From Gallionellaceae bacterium (GTDB lineage: Bacteria; Pseudomonadota; Gammaproteobacteria; Burkholderiales; Thiobacillaceae): a DNA stretch of 64,000 nt. The first letter of the stretch is position 1, and each line of letters starts with the position of its first letter. Positions 32,077 through 40,359 of the stretch are shown one piece after another. The stretch spans positions 25,020 through 89,019 of the forward strand of contig JAQTLN010000015.1 of NCBI GenBank assembly GCA_028714875.1. Direction: 5' to 3'. The position numbers and the translations under genes are program-made. The notes under the pieces were generated by a model. The model was not told the origin of the DNA, ran no database searches, and worked only from the letters and a program-made list of their open reading frames with translations.

Positions 32077-33222
32077 ATGTCCCCCCTCGTCATCCTCGGC
32101 AGCGGCCTCGCCGGTTACGGTCTGCTGCGCGAATTCCGCAAACGCGACGCGAAGTCGCCGGTCACGCTGATCACCGCCGATGATGGCCGTGTCTACAGCA
32201 AGCCGAATCTATCCAACGCCCTCAGTCAGAAGCGCGCGCCCGCGCAACTGGCTTCGGAAACCGCCGAACAGGCGGCGGCGAAATTCAACGCCACGATTCT
32301 CACGCATACCCGCGTCACCGGTATCGACCCGGCAAACAAGTCGATACACACCGCTGGCGGGGAAATTGCCTACGGCCGCCTGGTGCTCGCACTCGGCGCC
32401 GACCCCTTCCCGCACGGCTTGGGCGGCGACGCCGCCAAGGATCTGATCAGCGTCAACGATCTCGACGACTACACCCGTTTTCGCGCCGCCCTGGAGGGCA
32501 AACGCCATGTCGCCATCCTCGGCGGCGGCCTGATTGGCTGTGAATTCGCCAACGACCTGGCGGCCAGCGGCCATGCCGCGACGGTCGTCCACCTCGGTCC
32601 CTGGCCGCTGGAGCGGCTGATTCCCGAAGAGGCCGGGCGGGCGCTGGCGGAAACCCTGGAAAGCCAGGGCGTGGCCTGGCGCTTCGGCCACACGGCGAAA
32701 CAGGTCGAGGCCGGCCCCAATGGCTATCGCCTTACCCTGGACGACGGCAGCCGCATCGAAGCCGACCTGGTGCTCTCCGCCATCGGCCTGCGTTCGCGCA
32801 CGCAACTGGCGAAAGCGGCCGGCATCCCGGTGAATCGCGGCATCGTGGTCGATCGGAAACTAGAAACCGGGGTCGCGGGTATCTATGCGATCGGCGATTG
32901 CGCTGAAGTGGTCGGCCACGTTTTACCTTTCGTGCAGCCCTTGCTGATCCAGGCCCGCGCGCTGGCCGCGATCCTCGCCGGCGAGGGCGCGCAGGTGAGC
33001 TACCCGGCCATGCCGGTGATGGTGAAAACCAGCGCCTACCCGATCGCCGTGCTGCCGCCGGCGCCGGGCGCGGCCGGGAGTTGGCGCGTGGAGCGGAGTG
33101 AAAGCGGCATCGTCGCCCTGCACCAGAGCGAGGCCGGCGACCTCAACGGTTTCGCCCTGACCGGCGGCGAAACCGGCCGCCGGGCGGAACTGGCGAAGCG
33201 GGTGGAGGCGTTGTTGCCGTAG
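32077..33222 (+). CDS. rubredoxin-NAD(+) reductase (FAD/NAD pyridine nucleotide-disulfide oxidoreductase family)
   Basis: Start MSPLVILGSGLAGYGLLREF (GxGxxG) at the ATG at 32077, second dinucleotide fold VAILGGGLIGCEFA. Follows rubredoxin directly. Confidence 0.82.
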   Translation: MSPLVILGSGLAGYGLLREFRKRDAKSPVTLITADDGRVYSKPNLSNALSQKRAPAQLASETAEQAAAKFNATILTHTRVTGIDPANKSIHTAGGEIAYGRLVLALGADPFPHGLGGDAAKDLISVNDLDDYTRFRAALEGKRHVAILGGGLIGCEFANDLAASGHAATVVHLGPWPLERLIPEEAGRALAETLESQGVAWRFGHTAKQVEAGPNGYRLTLDDGSRIEADLVLSAIGLRSRTQLAKAAGIPVNRGIVVDRKLETGVAGIYAIGDCAEVVGHVLPFVQPLLIQARALAAILAGEGAQVSYPAMPVMVKTSAYPIAVLPPAPGAAGSWRVERSESGIVALHQSEAGDLNGFALTGGETGRRAELAKRVEALLP

Positions 33223-33309
33223 GTCAGGCTGCGGCCTTATCGCTGCCTGACGGTCCACCGCTCAGCGAGAGGGGAGGATCGTCAGGTAGCCTTCGGCAAC
33301 CTGACCTAC
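33219..33309. repeat. REP-like composite element (type E), outer arms GTAGGTCAGG / CCTGACCTAC
   Basis: Two half-units, GTAGGTCAGGCTGCGGCCTTATCGCTGCCTGAC and GTCAGGTAGCCTTCGGCAACCTGACCTAC, directly after the reductase stop codon. Confidence 0.65.
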
Positions 33310-33312
33310 GGC

Positions 33313-33347
33313 GCTAAATCCCCCTCAATCCCCCTTTGAAAAAAAGG
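33313..33347. repeat. REP family B half-unit B1
   Basis: GCTAAATCCCCCTCAATCCCCCTTTGAAAAAAAGG. Same module as in B4 and B6. Confidence 0.75.
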
Positions 33348-33359
33348 AAGGTGCTTCAG

Positions 33360-33926
33360 TCAGCGCTCCTTGTACTTGACCACGTCCTTCGCCTGTAGCC
33401 GGTAGCCGGATTTGCCCATCGACGTATCAGAGTGGCCGATCGTCAGTTTGCCGGTGACCCACACCGCCTCCATGTTCTTCACGCCCTTCACCGGCTTGTC
33501 CGGCATGACGTGGATGATCTGGTTGGCGGGAGGCGGCGGCACATGGATGCAGGCGCCGAAATAGGGCACCAGCAGGAATTCACGCAACTCGTTGGGGCCG
33601 CCGTCGAGCGAGACGATGAAGCCGGGGATACGGATCATCTGGCCATCCATGGCCTGGTTGATCGGCGCCGCGTCCCAGGCCCTGCGCATTTGCGCCAGGG
33701 CATCGCCGGCGCGCGGGTCCGAGTCTTGCAGTTTGGCCAGATCGATTCCTTTGAACGCCGCCATAGGGTCCCAATCCTTCGGCAGCAGATCATCCCAGTC
33801 CGTGGTCTTGTAGGTGGATTTCGCCGTCGCGCCCTCGGGCAGGCGGTCGCCCACCTTGTAGTCGGCGCTCAGCGCGGGGGTGGCAAGGAAAAGGGTTAGT
33901 AACAGGCCGGCGACAGAAGATTTCAT
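33360..33926 (-). CDS. DUF3299-like secreted protein
   Basis: 188 aa. Start MKSSVAGLLLTLFLATPALSA (signal peptide) at 33926. Signature REFLLVPYFGACIHVPPPPANQIIHV. The rest of the 350-aa track ORF is read-through. Confidence 0.82.
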   Translation of the reverse strand: MKSSVAGLLLTLFLATPALSADYKVGDRLPEGATAKSTYKTTDWDDLLPKDWDPMAAFKGIDLAKLQDSDPRAGDALAQMRRAWDAAPINQAMDGQMIRIPGFIVSLDGGPNELREFLLVPYFGACIHVPPPPANQIIHVMPDKPVKGVKNMEAVWVTGKLTIGHSDTSMGKSGYRLQAKDVVKYKER

Positions 33927-33963
33927 GGGTGTCTCACTCGATTGAACCGATATTGTCCAGGCA

Positions 33964-34035
33964 TGTAGCGCGGGCGTCTCGCCTGCTTCGTCCTTCTGAT
34001 CAGGCACACGAAGCAGGCGGGCCTCCGGCGCTACA
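33964..34035. repeat. REP family A copy A2 (imperfect, inverted relative to A1)
   Basis: TGTAGCGCGGGCGTCTCGCCTGCTTCG ... CGAAGCAGGCGGGCCTCCGGCGCTACA. Its loop is the reverse complement of the A1 loop. Confidence 0.85.
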
Positions 34036-34816
34036 GGTGGGCCTCCGGCGCCGCCCCGGCCAATGGACGATTTGGATTGAACAAGGCCGCCAGCGCGGCT
34101 ATTAACACCAGCGCCAGCACGATGGCCGCGCCCGAGGGCAGGTCGAACAGGCCGGAGGCGACCAGGCCGAGAGCATAACCCGTCGCCCCAATGACCAGCC
34201 CGCGCGTCAGGCGTTCGCCAGAAACCAGCGCCGGCACGATCAGGCTGGCGAACACCAGGTAGATGCCCACCACCTGCACCGAGGCGGTGATGGTGACGGC
34301 GAAAAGCACATAGAAGCCGAGTGACGAGTCGCGCCAGTTCAGGCCGAACCAGGCCACCAGTACCAGCGCGGTGACCACCGCCAGGGGAACCAGCCCACTC
34401 CAGGTGGTCCACAGAATCTGGCCCACCAGCAATTCCTGCAAATGTTCCGCGCCATGCGGGTCATGGCTCATCAGGATCAACGCGAGGCAGGCGGCGGCGA
34501 CGAAGGTGACGCCGATGATCGCCTCCTGCCGCGAGTTTGCGTGCCCAAGCGCGAGTTTCTCCATGCGATGCAGGAACAGCGCGCCCAGCAGCGCCGCCGT
34601 GACCGCGCCGGCCTGGGTCAGCCAGGGGCTGCTCTCGCCGCCCAGGCTGTGAGCGATGACCACGCCGAGGCCGGCGATCTGGGCGATGGCGAGATCGAGG
34701 AAGACGATGCCGCGTTTCAGCACCGCCTGTCCTAGCGGCACATGGCTGGCGAGCACCAGCAGACCCGCCGCGAAGGCGGGCAGAAGAATGCCGGGTTCGA
34801 GGGAGAAGAGGTTCAT
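34031..34816 (-). CDS. ZnuB-like ABC-3 family metal permease
   Basis: 261 aa and very hydrophobic. GILLPAFAAGLLVLASHVPLGQAVLKRGIVFLDLAIAQIAGLG is typical of ZnuB/TroCD permeases. The last codons run into REP A2. Confidence 0.82.
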   Translation of the reverse strand: MNLFSLEPGILLPAFAAGLLVLASHVPLGQAVLKRGIVFLDLAIAQIAGLGVVIAHSLGGESSPWLTQAGAVTAALLGALFLHRMEKLALGHANSRQEAIIGVTFVAAACLALILMSHDPHGAEHLQELLVGQILWTTWSGLVPLAVVTALVLVAWFGLNWRDSSLGFYVLFAVTITASVQVVGIYLVFASLIVPALVSGERLTRGLVIGATGYALGLVASGLFDLPSGAAIVLALVLIAALAALFNPNRPLAGAAPEAHL

Positions 34817-34827
34817 GGTGCCTCCCC

Positions 34828-34896
34828 TGTAGCGCAGGCATCCTTGCCTGCGTAGTTGTCCAACCCGGACGAGCAGGCAGGGATGCCTGCGCTACA
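34828..34896. repeat. REP family A copy A3
   Basis: TGTAGCGCAGGCATCCTTGCCTGC ... GCAGGCAGGGATGCCTGCGCTACA (one mismatch). Confidence 0.85.
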
Positions 34897-34904
34897 AAGG
34901 CGGT

Positions 34905-35801
34905 TCATTTCAGACCTCCTTTCAGCTTCGCCAGGGTGTCGTCGAACAAGCCGAACAGGTCCGTCGCCCGCGCCGAACCGCCCACCGTGTAGGGCAATTC
35001 CACGGCGGCAATGACGGCGCGCTCGGCCAGCCATTCACTCGGTTTCGGCGACTGGTAGGCGGTGCGCAGAATCAGGCGCGCGGGCTGCGCCCTGAGCCGT
35101 TCCAGCAGACTGGCCAGAGAGGCCACGGAAGGCTCGATGCCGGGCTTGGGTTCCAGGTCCGCCACCACTTTAAGGCTCAGCCAGTCGGCCAGGTAACTCC
35201 AACTGCGGTGATGCACCACCACCGCCACGCCGCGCAGCGGGGCGGCCTCCTTCTCCCAACGGGCGATGGCCGCGCTCATGCGCTTCTGGAAATCCTGATT
35301 GCGCGCGGCGTAATGGGCGGTGTTGGCCGGGTCCAGTTCCGCCAGACGCGGCGCCAGAGCGTTGGCTACTTTCAGCAGATTGCGCGGGTCGGCCTGCAAA
35401 TGCGGGTTGCCGCCGGGGTGCACGTCGCCCTGGGCGCGGTCCGCGTTGCCGGATTTTTCCAGCAGATGCACCTGGTCGGCCGCCGCGAAATAGCCCGCTT
35501 GACCCGGCTGGATGCGGGCGTTGCCGGCTTCCCGTTGCAACAGCGGCAGCCAGCCGATTTCCAGTTCCGCGCCGGTGCACACCAGGAGATCGGCATTGCG
35601 CGCGCGGGCGATCAGCGACGGCCGTGCCTCGATGTGATGCGGGTCCTGCCGCGCCGTGGTGGCGGACGTGACGCGCGCCAGATCGCCGGTCAGTTCCTGC
35701 GTCAGCGCCGCCCACTCGGGTTCGCAGGCGAGCACGTTGAGGGCGGCGTTGGCGGTGTTGGCCGCCAGGAGCAGCACGATAAATACAAATCGGTTGAGCA
35801 T
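34905..35801 (-). CDS. ZnuA/TroA-like periplasmic metal-binding protein
   Basis: 298 aa. Start MLNRFVFIVLLLAANTANA (signal peptide) at 35801. Candidate metal ligands in DPHHIE and GNPH. No long His-rich loop. Confidence 0.78.
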   Translation of the reverse strand: MLNRFVFIVLLLAANTANAALNVLACEPEWAALTQELTGDLARVTSATTARQDPHHIEARPSLIARARNADLLVCTGAELEIGWLPLLQREAGNARIQPGQAGYFAAADQVHLLEKSGNADRAQGDVHPGGNPHLQADPRNLLKVANALAPRLAELDPANTAHYAARNQDFQKRMSAAIARWEKEAAPLRGVAVVVHHRSWSYLADWLSLKVVADLEPKPGIEPSVASLASLLERLRAQPARLILRTAYQSPKPSEWLAERAVIAAVELPYTVGGSARATDLFGLFDDTLAKLKGGLK

Positions 35802-35828
35802 GATGTCGGTTCCTTTATGGATGGTTTG

Positions 35829-35938
35829 CTCCCTCTCCCTTTGGGAGAGGGCCGGGGTGAGGGAAAGACGCCGAACCCGCGTTGACGGTCGATCGACCGC
35901 CGTTCCCTCACCCCCGGCCCCCCCGAGGGGGAGGGGAG
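35829..35938. repeat. REP family C composite element C2
   Basis: CTCCCTCTCCCTTTGGGAGAGGGCCGGGGTGAGGGAA ... TTCCCTCACCCCCGGCCCCCCCGAGGGGGAGGGGAG. Two inverted units around a centre containing GGTCGATCGACC. Confidence 0.85.
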
Positions 35939-35943
35939 AAAAA

Positions 35944-37290
35944 TCAGAACTTGTGCGCGCCATGCGAGCCCAGGCTGTGGATGTATTGCAGCGTGATTTG
36001 CTGATCGTCCGGGTTGCCTTGCATGGCCCGGTCGCGCGCCAGTTGCAGGCGCAACCGGGAGAACTCGCTGGGTGACCAGTCGGCCATCAGGCTCCATTTG
36101 CTTGGGCTGTAGGCGGCCGGCAGCAAGGCGGCATTGTTGGCGCCGTAGTCCAGGCTGCCGCTATTCAGGCGGTCGTAGCGCAAGCCGGCGCGCCAGCGCG
36201 GCAGGAACTGATAGACGCCCTGCGCGTACCAGCCGGATTGGCGGGCGCGGTAGGCGCCGGGGGTATTGGCGCCGGTGGCGGCGGTGTCATAGATCAGTTT
36301 GCCCTCCTCGTCGCGCTGGAAAATCTCGCTCTGGAACTTGAAGTTGCGCGCCTTCGGGTTGCCGTCCGGCGCCCATTTCCAGATGAAATCCGCGATCCAG
36401 GTTTTCGAGCGGCCGCTGAACTGGTTGCGGGTGTCGAAGCCGAACTGATCCAGGATGCGGCTTTCCCGATCGCGTGGCCGCGCCGATAGCCAGGAGAGGC
36501 CGGCGCGCCAGGCATTCGAGTCGCCGAAATCGTCACCGATATGGCCGAACAGCGCCCAGGAACCGGCGCCGTTCTTGTCGCCACCGTTGCTGGAGCCGGG
36601 GAAGGCCGCGCCGCGCCCGGCTTCCAGGCCCAGTTCGACGAAGGTGTCGCTGGGCGCCAGCCACTTGAGTTGCAGGCCGTCCTGCGCCAGATGTTCGCCG
36701 AACAGGGTCTGGTACATCAGGCTATTGTCGGCGAAGTCCCAGGCGTGCGGATGTTGCTCGTTGGCGTAGCCGGTGCCGGAAAGAAAGCGGCCGCCTTTCA
36801 GGGTCAGGCCACGGTCGAGCGAGAGGGTCTGGAACCAAGCCTCCTCCACGTTCGCCTGGCCGTCGGCCAGGATCACCGTGGCCTGGCCACGGAAATACGG
36901 GTCGACGTTGGCCGCCAGGATCAACTCGCTGTCGCCCAGGGAAAAGCCACGCGTCGGCGCGCCGATCGCGGCGTCACGCAGGAAACCCGTGGGCCGGCGC
37001 TCGCCCGCCTTGCGTTGGGCATAACTGCCTTGCAGGATCAGGGAGAGTTCCGGGTTGAAGTCGTTGCCACGGCTTGCGCTGGGCGTGGGCGCCGCTTCGG
37101 CGGGCGGCGCCACGCGCGTTTCCATTTCCTTCAGGCGGGCTTCATAGCTGGCTTGAAGGTCTTTCAGTTTCTGGTCGAATTCGGCGCGAACTTTGGCAAG
37201 TTCGGCGGCCAGATCGGCATCGCTCACGGCAAGCGCCGGCAGGGGCAGCGCGCACGCCAGGGCGGCGGCGAGCAGGGTGGGTTTGAACAT
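35944..37290 (-). CDS. outer-membrane porin-like beta-barrel with an N-terminal coiled coil
   Basis: 448 aa. Start MFKPTLLAAALACALPLPALA at 37290, a heptad-like segment (DLAAELAKVRAEFDQKLKDLQASYEARLKEMETR), alternating beta-strand pattern, C-terminal ...HGAHKF. Confidence 0.75.
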   Translation of the reverse strand: MFKPTLLAAALACALPLPALAVSDADLAAELAKVRAEFDQKLKDLQASYEARLKEMETRVAPPAEAAPTPSASRGNDFNPELSLILQGSYAQRKAGERRPTGFLRDAAIGAPTRGFSLGDSELILAANVDPYFRGQATVILADGQANVEEAWFQTLSLDRGLTLKGGRFLSGTGYANEQHPHAWDFADNSLMYQTLFGEHLAQDGLQLKWLAPSDTFVELGLEAGRGAAFPGSSNGGDKNGAGSWALFGHIGDDFGDSNAWRAGLSWLSARPRDRESRILDQFGFDTRNQFSGRSKTWIADFIWKWAPDGNPKARNFKFQSEIFQRDEEGKLIYDTAATGANTPGAYRARQSGWYAQGVYQFLPRWRAGLRYDRLNSGSLDYGANNAALLPAAYSPSKWSLMADWSPSEFSRLRLQLARDRAMQGNPDDQQITLQYIHSLGSHGAHKF

Positions 37291-37340
37291 GGTGAGTCCT
37301 TGAATGGGAGTGACACGCGCACGTGGGCCGCTTGGTCGAA

Positions 37341-37410
37341 TGTAGCGCCGGCGCCTCGCCGGCCTCGTCGTACTGAGTGAAAAACGAGCCGGCGAGACGC
37401 CGGCGCTACA
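37341..37410. repeat. REP family A copy A4
   Basis: TGTAGCGCCGGCGCCTCGCCGGCCTCG ... CGAGCCGGCGAGACGCCGGCGCTACA. Confidence 0.85.
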
Positions 37411-37426
37411 GCTACGGGGGAGGGGG

Positions 37427-37711
37427 CTAGACGCGCGGTGGCGCGCGGCTCCGGTAGCCGGGGCGAAAGCCCGTGGGTGACGCCGCCGGAACGGCCGCGT
37501 CGAAGGAAAAGCTTGTCGTGGGCGCAACCCAAGGCACCGGCGTGCTGGCCGCGCCCGCGCCCATCGGCGCGTAGGCCAGGCACTGTTCGCACACCGGCTC
37601 GTCGCCGCCGGCTTGATCCAGGATATGGGTGACGCCATGCGCCAGCGCGCCGACCTGGGTGAGCAGGAAAAACAGGGCCAGCAGCAGCGCGCGGAAGTAT
37701 GTGGCGTGCAT
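37427..37711 (-). CDS. small membrane-anchored protein with HxxxH and CxxC motifs (94 aa)
   Basis: N-terminal hydrophobic segment followed by AHGVTHILDQAGGDEPVCEQC. Its start is 2 nt after the permease stop. The Pro/Ala-rich C-terminal half lowers my confidence. Confidence 0.5.
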   Translation of the reverse strand: MHATYFRALLLALFFLLTQVGALAHGVTHILDQAGGDEPVCEQCLAYAPMGAGAASTPVPWVAPTTSFSFDAAVPAASPTGFRPGYRSRAPPRV

Positions 37712-37713
37712 CG

Positions 37714-39000
37714 CTAAACCCTCGGCGTCAGCCCATCGGCGAGAGACAGCCGATAAGCACGATAACCCGGCAGCAGGCTGGCGAAGGTGCCGACGGCGAT
37801 GACCCAGCCCAGCAATTGCAGCTCGTTCAAGGTCGGCGCGGCCAGGCGTAGCACCAGGCCATAGCGCGCTTCCAGCCAGGGGCCGAGCGCGGCGGTCGAT
37901 AGGGTGAGCAGCAGGGTGCCGAGCAGCGCGCCGGTCAGGGTGACGGCGCCGCCTTCCAGGGCAAGCAGGGCGAACAGGTCACGCGGGCGGGCGCCCACCG
38001 AACGCAGGATCGCCAGCTCGCGCCGCCGCTCTCCCAGACCGGCCAGCACCACGGCCACCAGGCCGGCGAAGCTGACCAGCAGCACCAGGGCTGAAATCGC
38101 CAGCAGCGCGCGTTCCGCCACCGCCAGCAATTCCCACAACTGGCTCAAGGCGACGCCGGGCATGACCGCCAGCAAAGCCTCTTCGCGGTAGTCGGCTACA
38201 TAACGCTGCATGGCGAAGACCGCGACGCGGGTTTTCAGGCCCACCAGCACGGCGCTGACGGCCTTCGGCGTCAGGTCGAACTTCTTCACGAACTCGGGTG
38301 GGATGGCGAAACCGGGAATCGGCGCGCCGCCCCGCCAATCGAGGTGGATGGCCTCCATCGCCGCCAGGCCGATATGCACGGTGCGATCCACCGGCGTGCC
38401 GGTTCGGGCGAGGATGCCGACCACGGTGAACGGCTTGTCGCCGTGCTCCGCGTGGCCGGGTTCGTGCTCGTGCTCCTGCATACCGTGCGCCAGGGTGATG
38501 CGGTCGCCCAGTTGGTAGCCCAGGCGCGCCGCCACTTCCGCGCCCAGCACGGCGTCGAACAAGCCGCTGATTTGGCCACTGAAGGGTTTGCCCTGAGCCA
38601 GTCGCAGCGGTTGCTTGTCGCCGTAAAGGAAATGCTCGAAGTAGGCCGGCGTGGTGCCCAGCACCGGAAAACCATGGTGCGAATCGCCCAGCGAGATCGG
38701 AATGGTCCAGGCCACGGCGGGATGCGCGGCCAACGCCAGCGCGCTTTGCCAGCTGATGTTGTTGCTCGCCTCGCCGATGTGGAATACCGCGTAGAGCAGC
38801 AACTGCATCGGGCTGGAGCGCGCGCCCACCACCAGATCGGTACCGGAGACGGCATCGGCGAAACTGTCGCGCGCATCCTGGCGCAGCCGTTCGATGCCGA
38901 GCAGCAGGGTCACCGAGAGAGCGATGGCGATCAGCGTCAGGCCCAAGGTGTAACGCCGGTTCCAGGCACTTTTCAGGGCGATGGGGAGGAGGTGGATCAT
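37714..39000 (-). CDS. FtsX-like (MacB/LolCE-type) ABC permease
   Basis: 428 aa. TM1, a large periplasmic domain, and 3 C-terminal TM segments. ATGA overlap with the upstream ATPase. Confidence 0.85.
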   Translation of the reverse strand: MIHLLPIALKSAWNRRYTLGLTLIAIALSVTLLLGIERLRQDARDSFADAVSGTDLVVGARSSPMQLLLYAVFHIGEASNNISWQSALALAAHPAVAWTIPISLGDSHHGFPVLGTTPAYFEHFLYGDKQPLRLAQGKPFSGQISGLFDAVLGAEVAARLGYQLGDRITLAHGMQEHEHEPGHAEHGDKPFTVVGILARTGTPVDRTVHIGLAAMEAIHLDWRGGAPIPGFAIPPEFVKKFDLTPKAVSAVLVGLKTRVAVFAMQRYVADYREEALLAVMPGVALSQLWELLAVAERALLAISALVLLVSFAGLVAVVLAGLGERRRELAILRSVGARPRDLFALLALEGGAVTLTGALLGTLLLTLSTAALGPWLEARYGLVLRLAAPTLNELQLLGWVIAVGTFASLLPGYRAYRLSLADGLTPRV

Positions 39001-39764
39001 GTCTTGCCTCCCCTCTCCCCCCGGGAGAGGGGCCGGGGATGAGGGAGCGCCGCATCAAGTGCGCTTCCTTCTTCCCCACCCGTCGCCGCCCGGTTGATTT
39101 CCGCCATGTCCACGCGACGGCTGAAACCCTCGGCCAGGCGCTGGTCGTGGCTGACGAACAGCAAGGCCGCCCTGGCCGCCGCGCATTCCTGGCGCAACAG
39201 GCCGAGAAACGCTTCCTGGCGAGCGGCGTCGAGCGCCGAAGTGGGCTCGTCGGCGATGACGATTTCCGGCTGGCCGATCAATGCGCGCGCCGCCGCCACC
39301 CGTTGCTGCTGGCCCACGGAAAGCTGCGTGGCGCGGCGTTGCCAGAGGTCTTCGCCCAGGCCCAGGTGATTCAGCAAGGTCGCGGCGGCCTGTTTCATGT
39401 CCCCCGCGCGTTCGCGCCGGCGCCGGGAAAAACGGCAGGGCAGCAGCACGTTATCCAGCACCGACAGATAGGGAATCAGGTTGAACTGCTGAAAGATCAG
39501 GCCGATGTGATCCACCCGGAAGCGGTCGCGCGCGGCGGCGGACAGGGCCGGCAGAGCCTGCCCGAGCGCAACCAGGCGACCCTGTCGCGGCGGCAGCACC
39601 CCGGCGATCAGATTGAGCAGCGTGCTCTTGCCGCTGCCGCTTTCGCCGTGGATGAACACATGCTCATCCGCCGCTACCTGGAAGTTCGCGATGTCCAGGC
39701 AAGCGGCCGCCTGTCCCGGCCAGCGGAACACCACATCTTGCAGATCGAGCAACGGTTGCGGCAT
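38997..39764 (-). CDS. ABC ATPase (LolD/MacB-type) with a repeat-encoded C-terminal tail
   Basis: Walker A GESGSGKST, signature LSVGQQQR, Walker B IVIADEPTSALD. The last 16-17 aa (...LPHPRPLSRGERGGKT) are encoded by REP C3. Confidence 0.88.
   Translation of the reverse strand: MPQPLLDLQDVVFRWPGQAAACLDIANFQVAADEHVFIHGESGSGKSTLLNLIAGVLPPRQGRLVALGQALPALSAAARDRFRVDHIGLIFQQFNLIPYLSVLDNVLLPCRFSRRRRERAGDMKQAAATLLNHLGLGEDLWQRRATQLSVGQQQRVAAARALIGQPEIVIADEPTSALDAARQEAFLGLLRQECAAARAALLFVSHDQRLAEGFSRRVDMAEINRAATGGEEGSALDAALPHPRPLSRGERGGKT
39008..39047. repeat. REP family C unit C3 (inside the ATPase 3' end)
   Basis: CTCCCCTCTCCCCCCGGGAGAGGGGCCGGGGATGAGGGAG. Confidence 0.85.
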
Positions 39765-39884
39765 GAGGAGCGGTTGAGTGGGGAGGGCGCTAAGGCTTGA
39801 ACGGCCAGTCGGAGTACCTGGTCTGGAGCCAGGCCGAACCGCATGCTATGAACATCAACCCCGCCTGGCAACCCAGGGTTGTAA

Positions 39885-39902
39885 TGTAGCGCCGGCGCTA
39901 TA
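39885..39902. repeat. REP family A core-only copy A5
   Basis: TGTAGCGCCGGCGCTATA. The family A arm termini are present without a loop. Confidence 0.6.
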
Positions 39903-39906
39903 AGTG

Positions 39907-40359
39907 TTACTGCCGCACGAAGTCGTCGAGCATGGCTTTCAATTCCGCCTGCCAGGCCTCGATCATCCGGTGCGCCGGGTCCGCCGGGAATTCGCGCAGC
40001 CAGGGTTCGAAATCGTCGCTCATCACCGTCATGCGTCCTTCCCGCTGGATCAGGGTCAGGCGCAGGGGCAGCAGGTTGAGCAGGCGCGGTTCCACCACCT
40101 CCGCCCAGCGCACGGCGGATTCGCTGCCGATGAACAGGATGCGGATGTGCGGGTTCTCGAAGCCGCGTTTGGCCAGGGCCGTATCGATGGGCTGCATCTT
40201 CACCATCACCAGTTCGTGATTGGCGGCGGCCAGGGCGATGTCGTCGAGCGCCTGGCGCATGTCCACTTCCTTGTTCACGGTAAGCGGCTCGGCCCGCGCG
40301 GACAGACTCAAGAGCAACGCGAGCCAGACGATAAGGCGGTTGATATCGAAGCGGGTCAT
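39907..40359 (-). CDS. secreted DUF302-like protein (150 aa)
   Basis: Signal peptide LIVWLALLLSLSARA. The core resembles DUF302 (...HELVMVKMQPID...IRILFIG...PLRLTLIQREG.MTVM). ATGA overlap with the upstream paralog. Confidence 0.65.
   Translation of the reverse strand: MTRFDINRLIVWLALLLSLSARAEPLTVNKEVDMRQALDDIALAAANHELVMVKMQPIDTALAKRGFENPHIRILFIGSESAVRWAEVVEPRLLNLLPLRLTLIQREGRMTVMSDDFEPWLREFPADPAHRMIEAWQAELKAMLDDFVRQ

Noticed and set aside
36541-37380. 279-aa plus-strand ORF opposite the porin gene
   Set aside because: It is a shadow ORF. The minus-strand product has a signal peptide and a C-terminal Phe typical of outer-membrane proteins.
37979-39079. 366-aa minus-strand ORF in an alternative frame of the FtsX permease
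   Set aside because: It is an R/G/P/A-rich out-of-frame product. The permease frame has clear TM topology and coupling to the ATPase.
39865-39906. Possible Zur box around GTAATGTAGCGCCGGCGCTATAAGTGTTAC upstream of the ABC ATPase
   Set aside because: The palindromic core is the GC-rich family A REP terminus, not the AT-rich GTAATGTTATAACATTAC-type Zur consensus. I found no convincing Zur box anywhere in the cluster.
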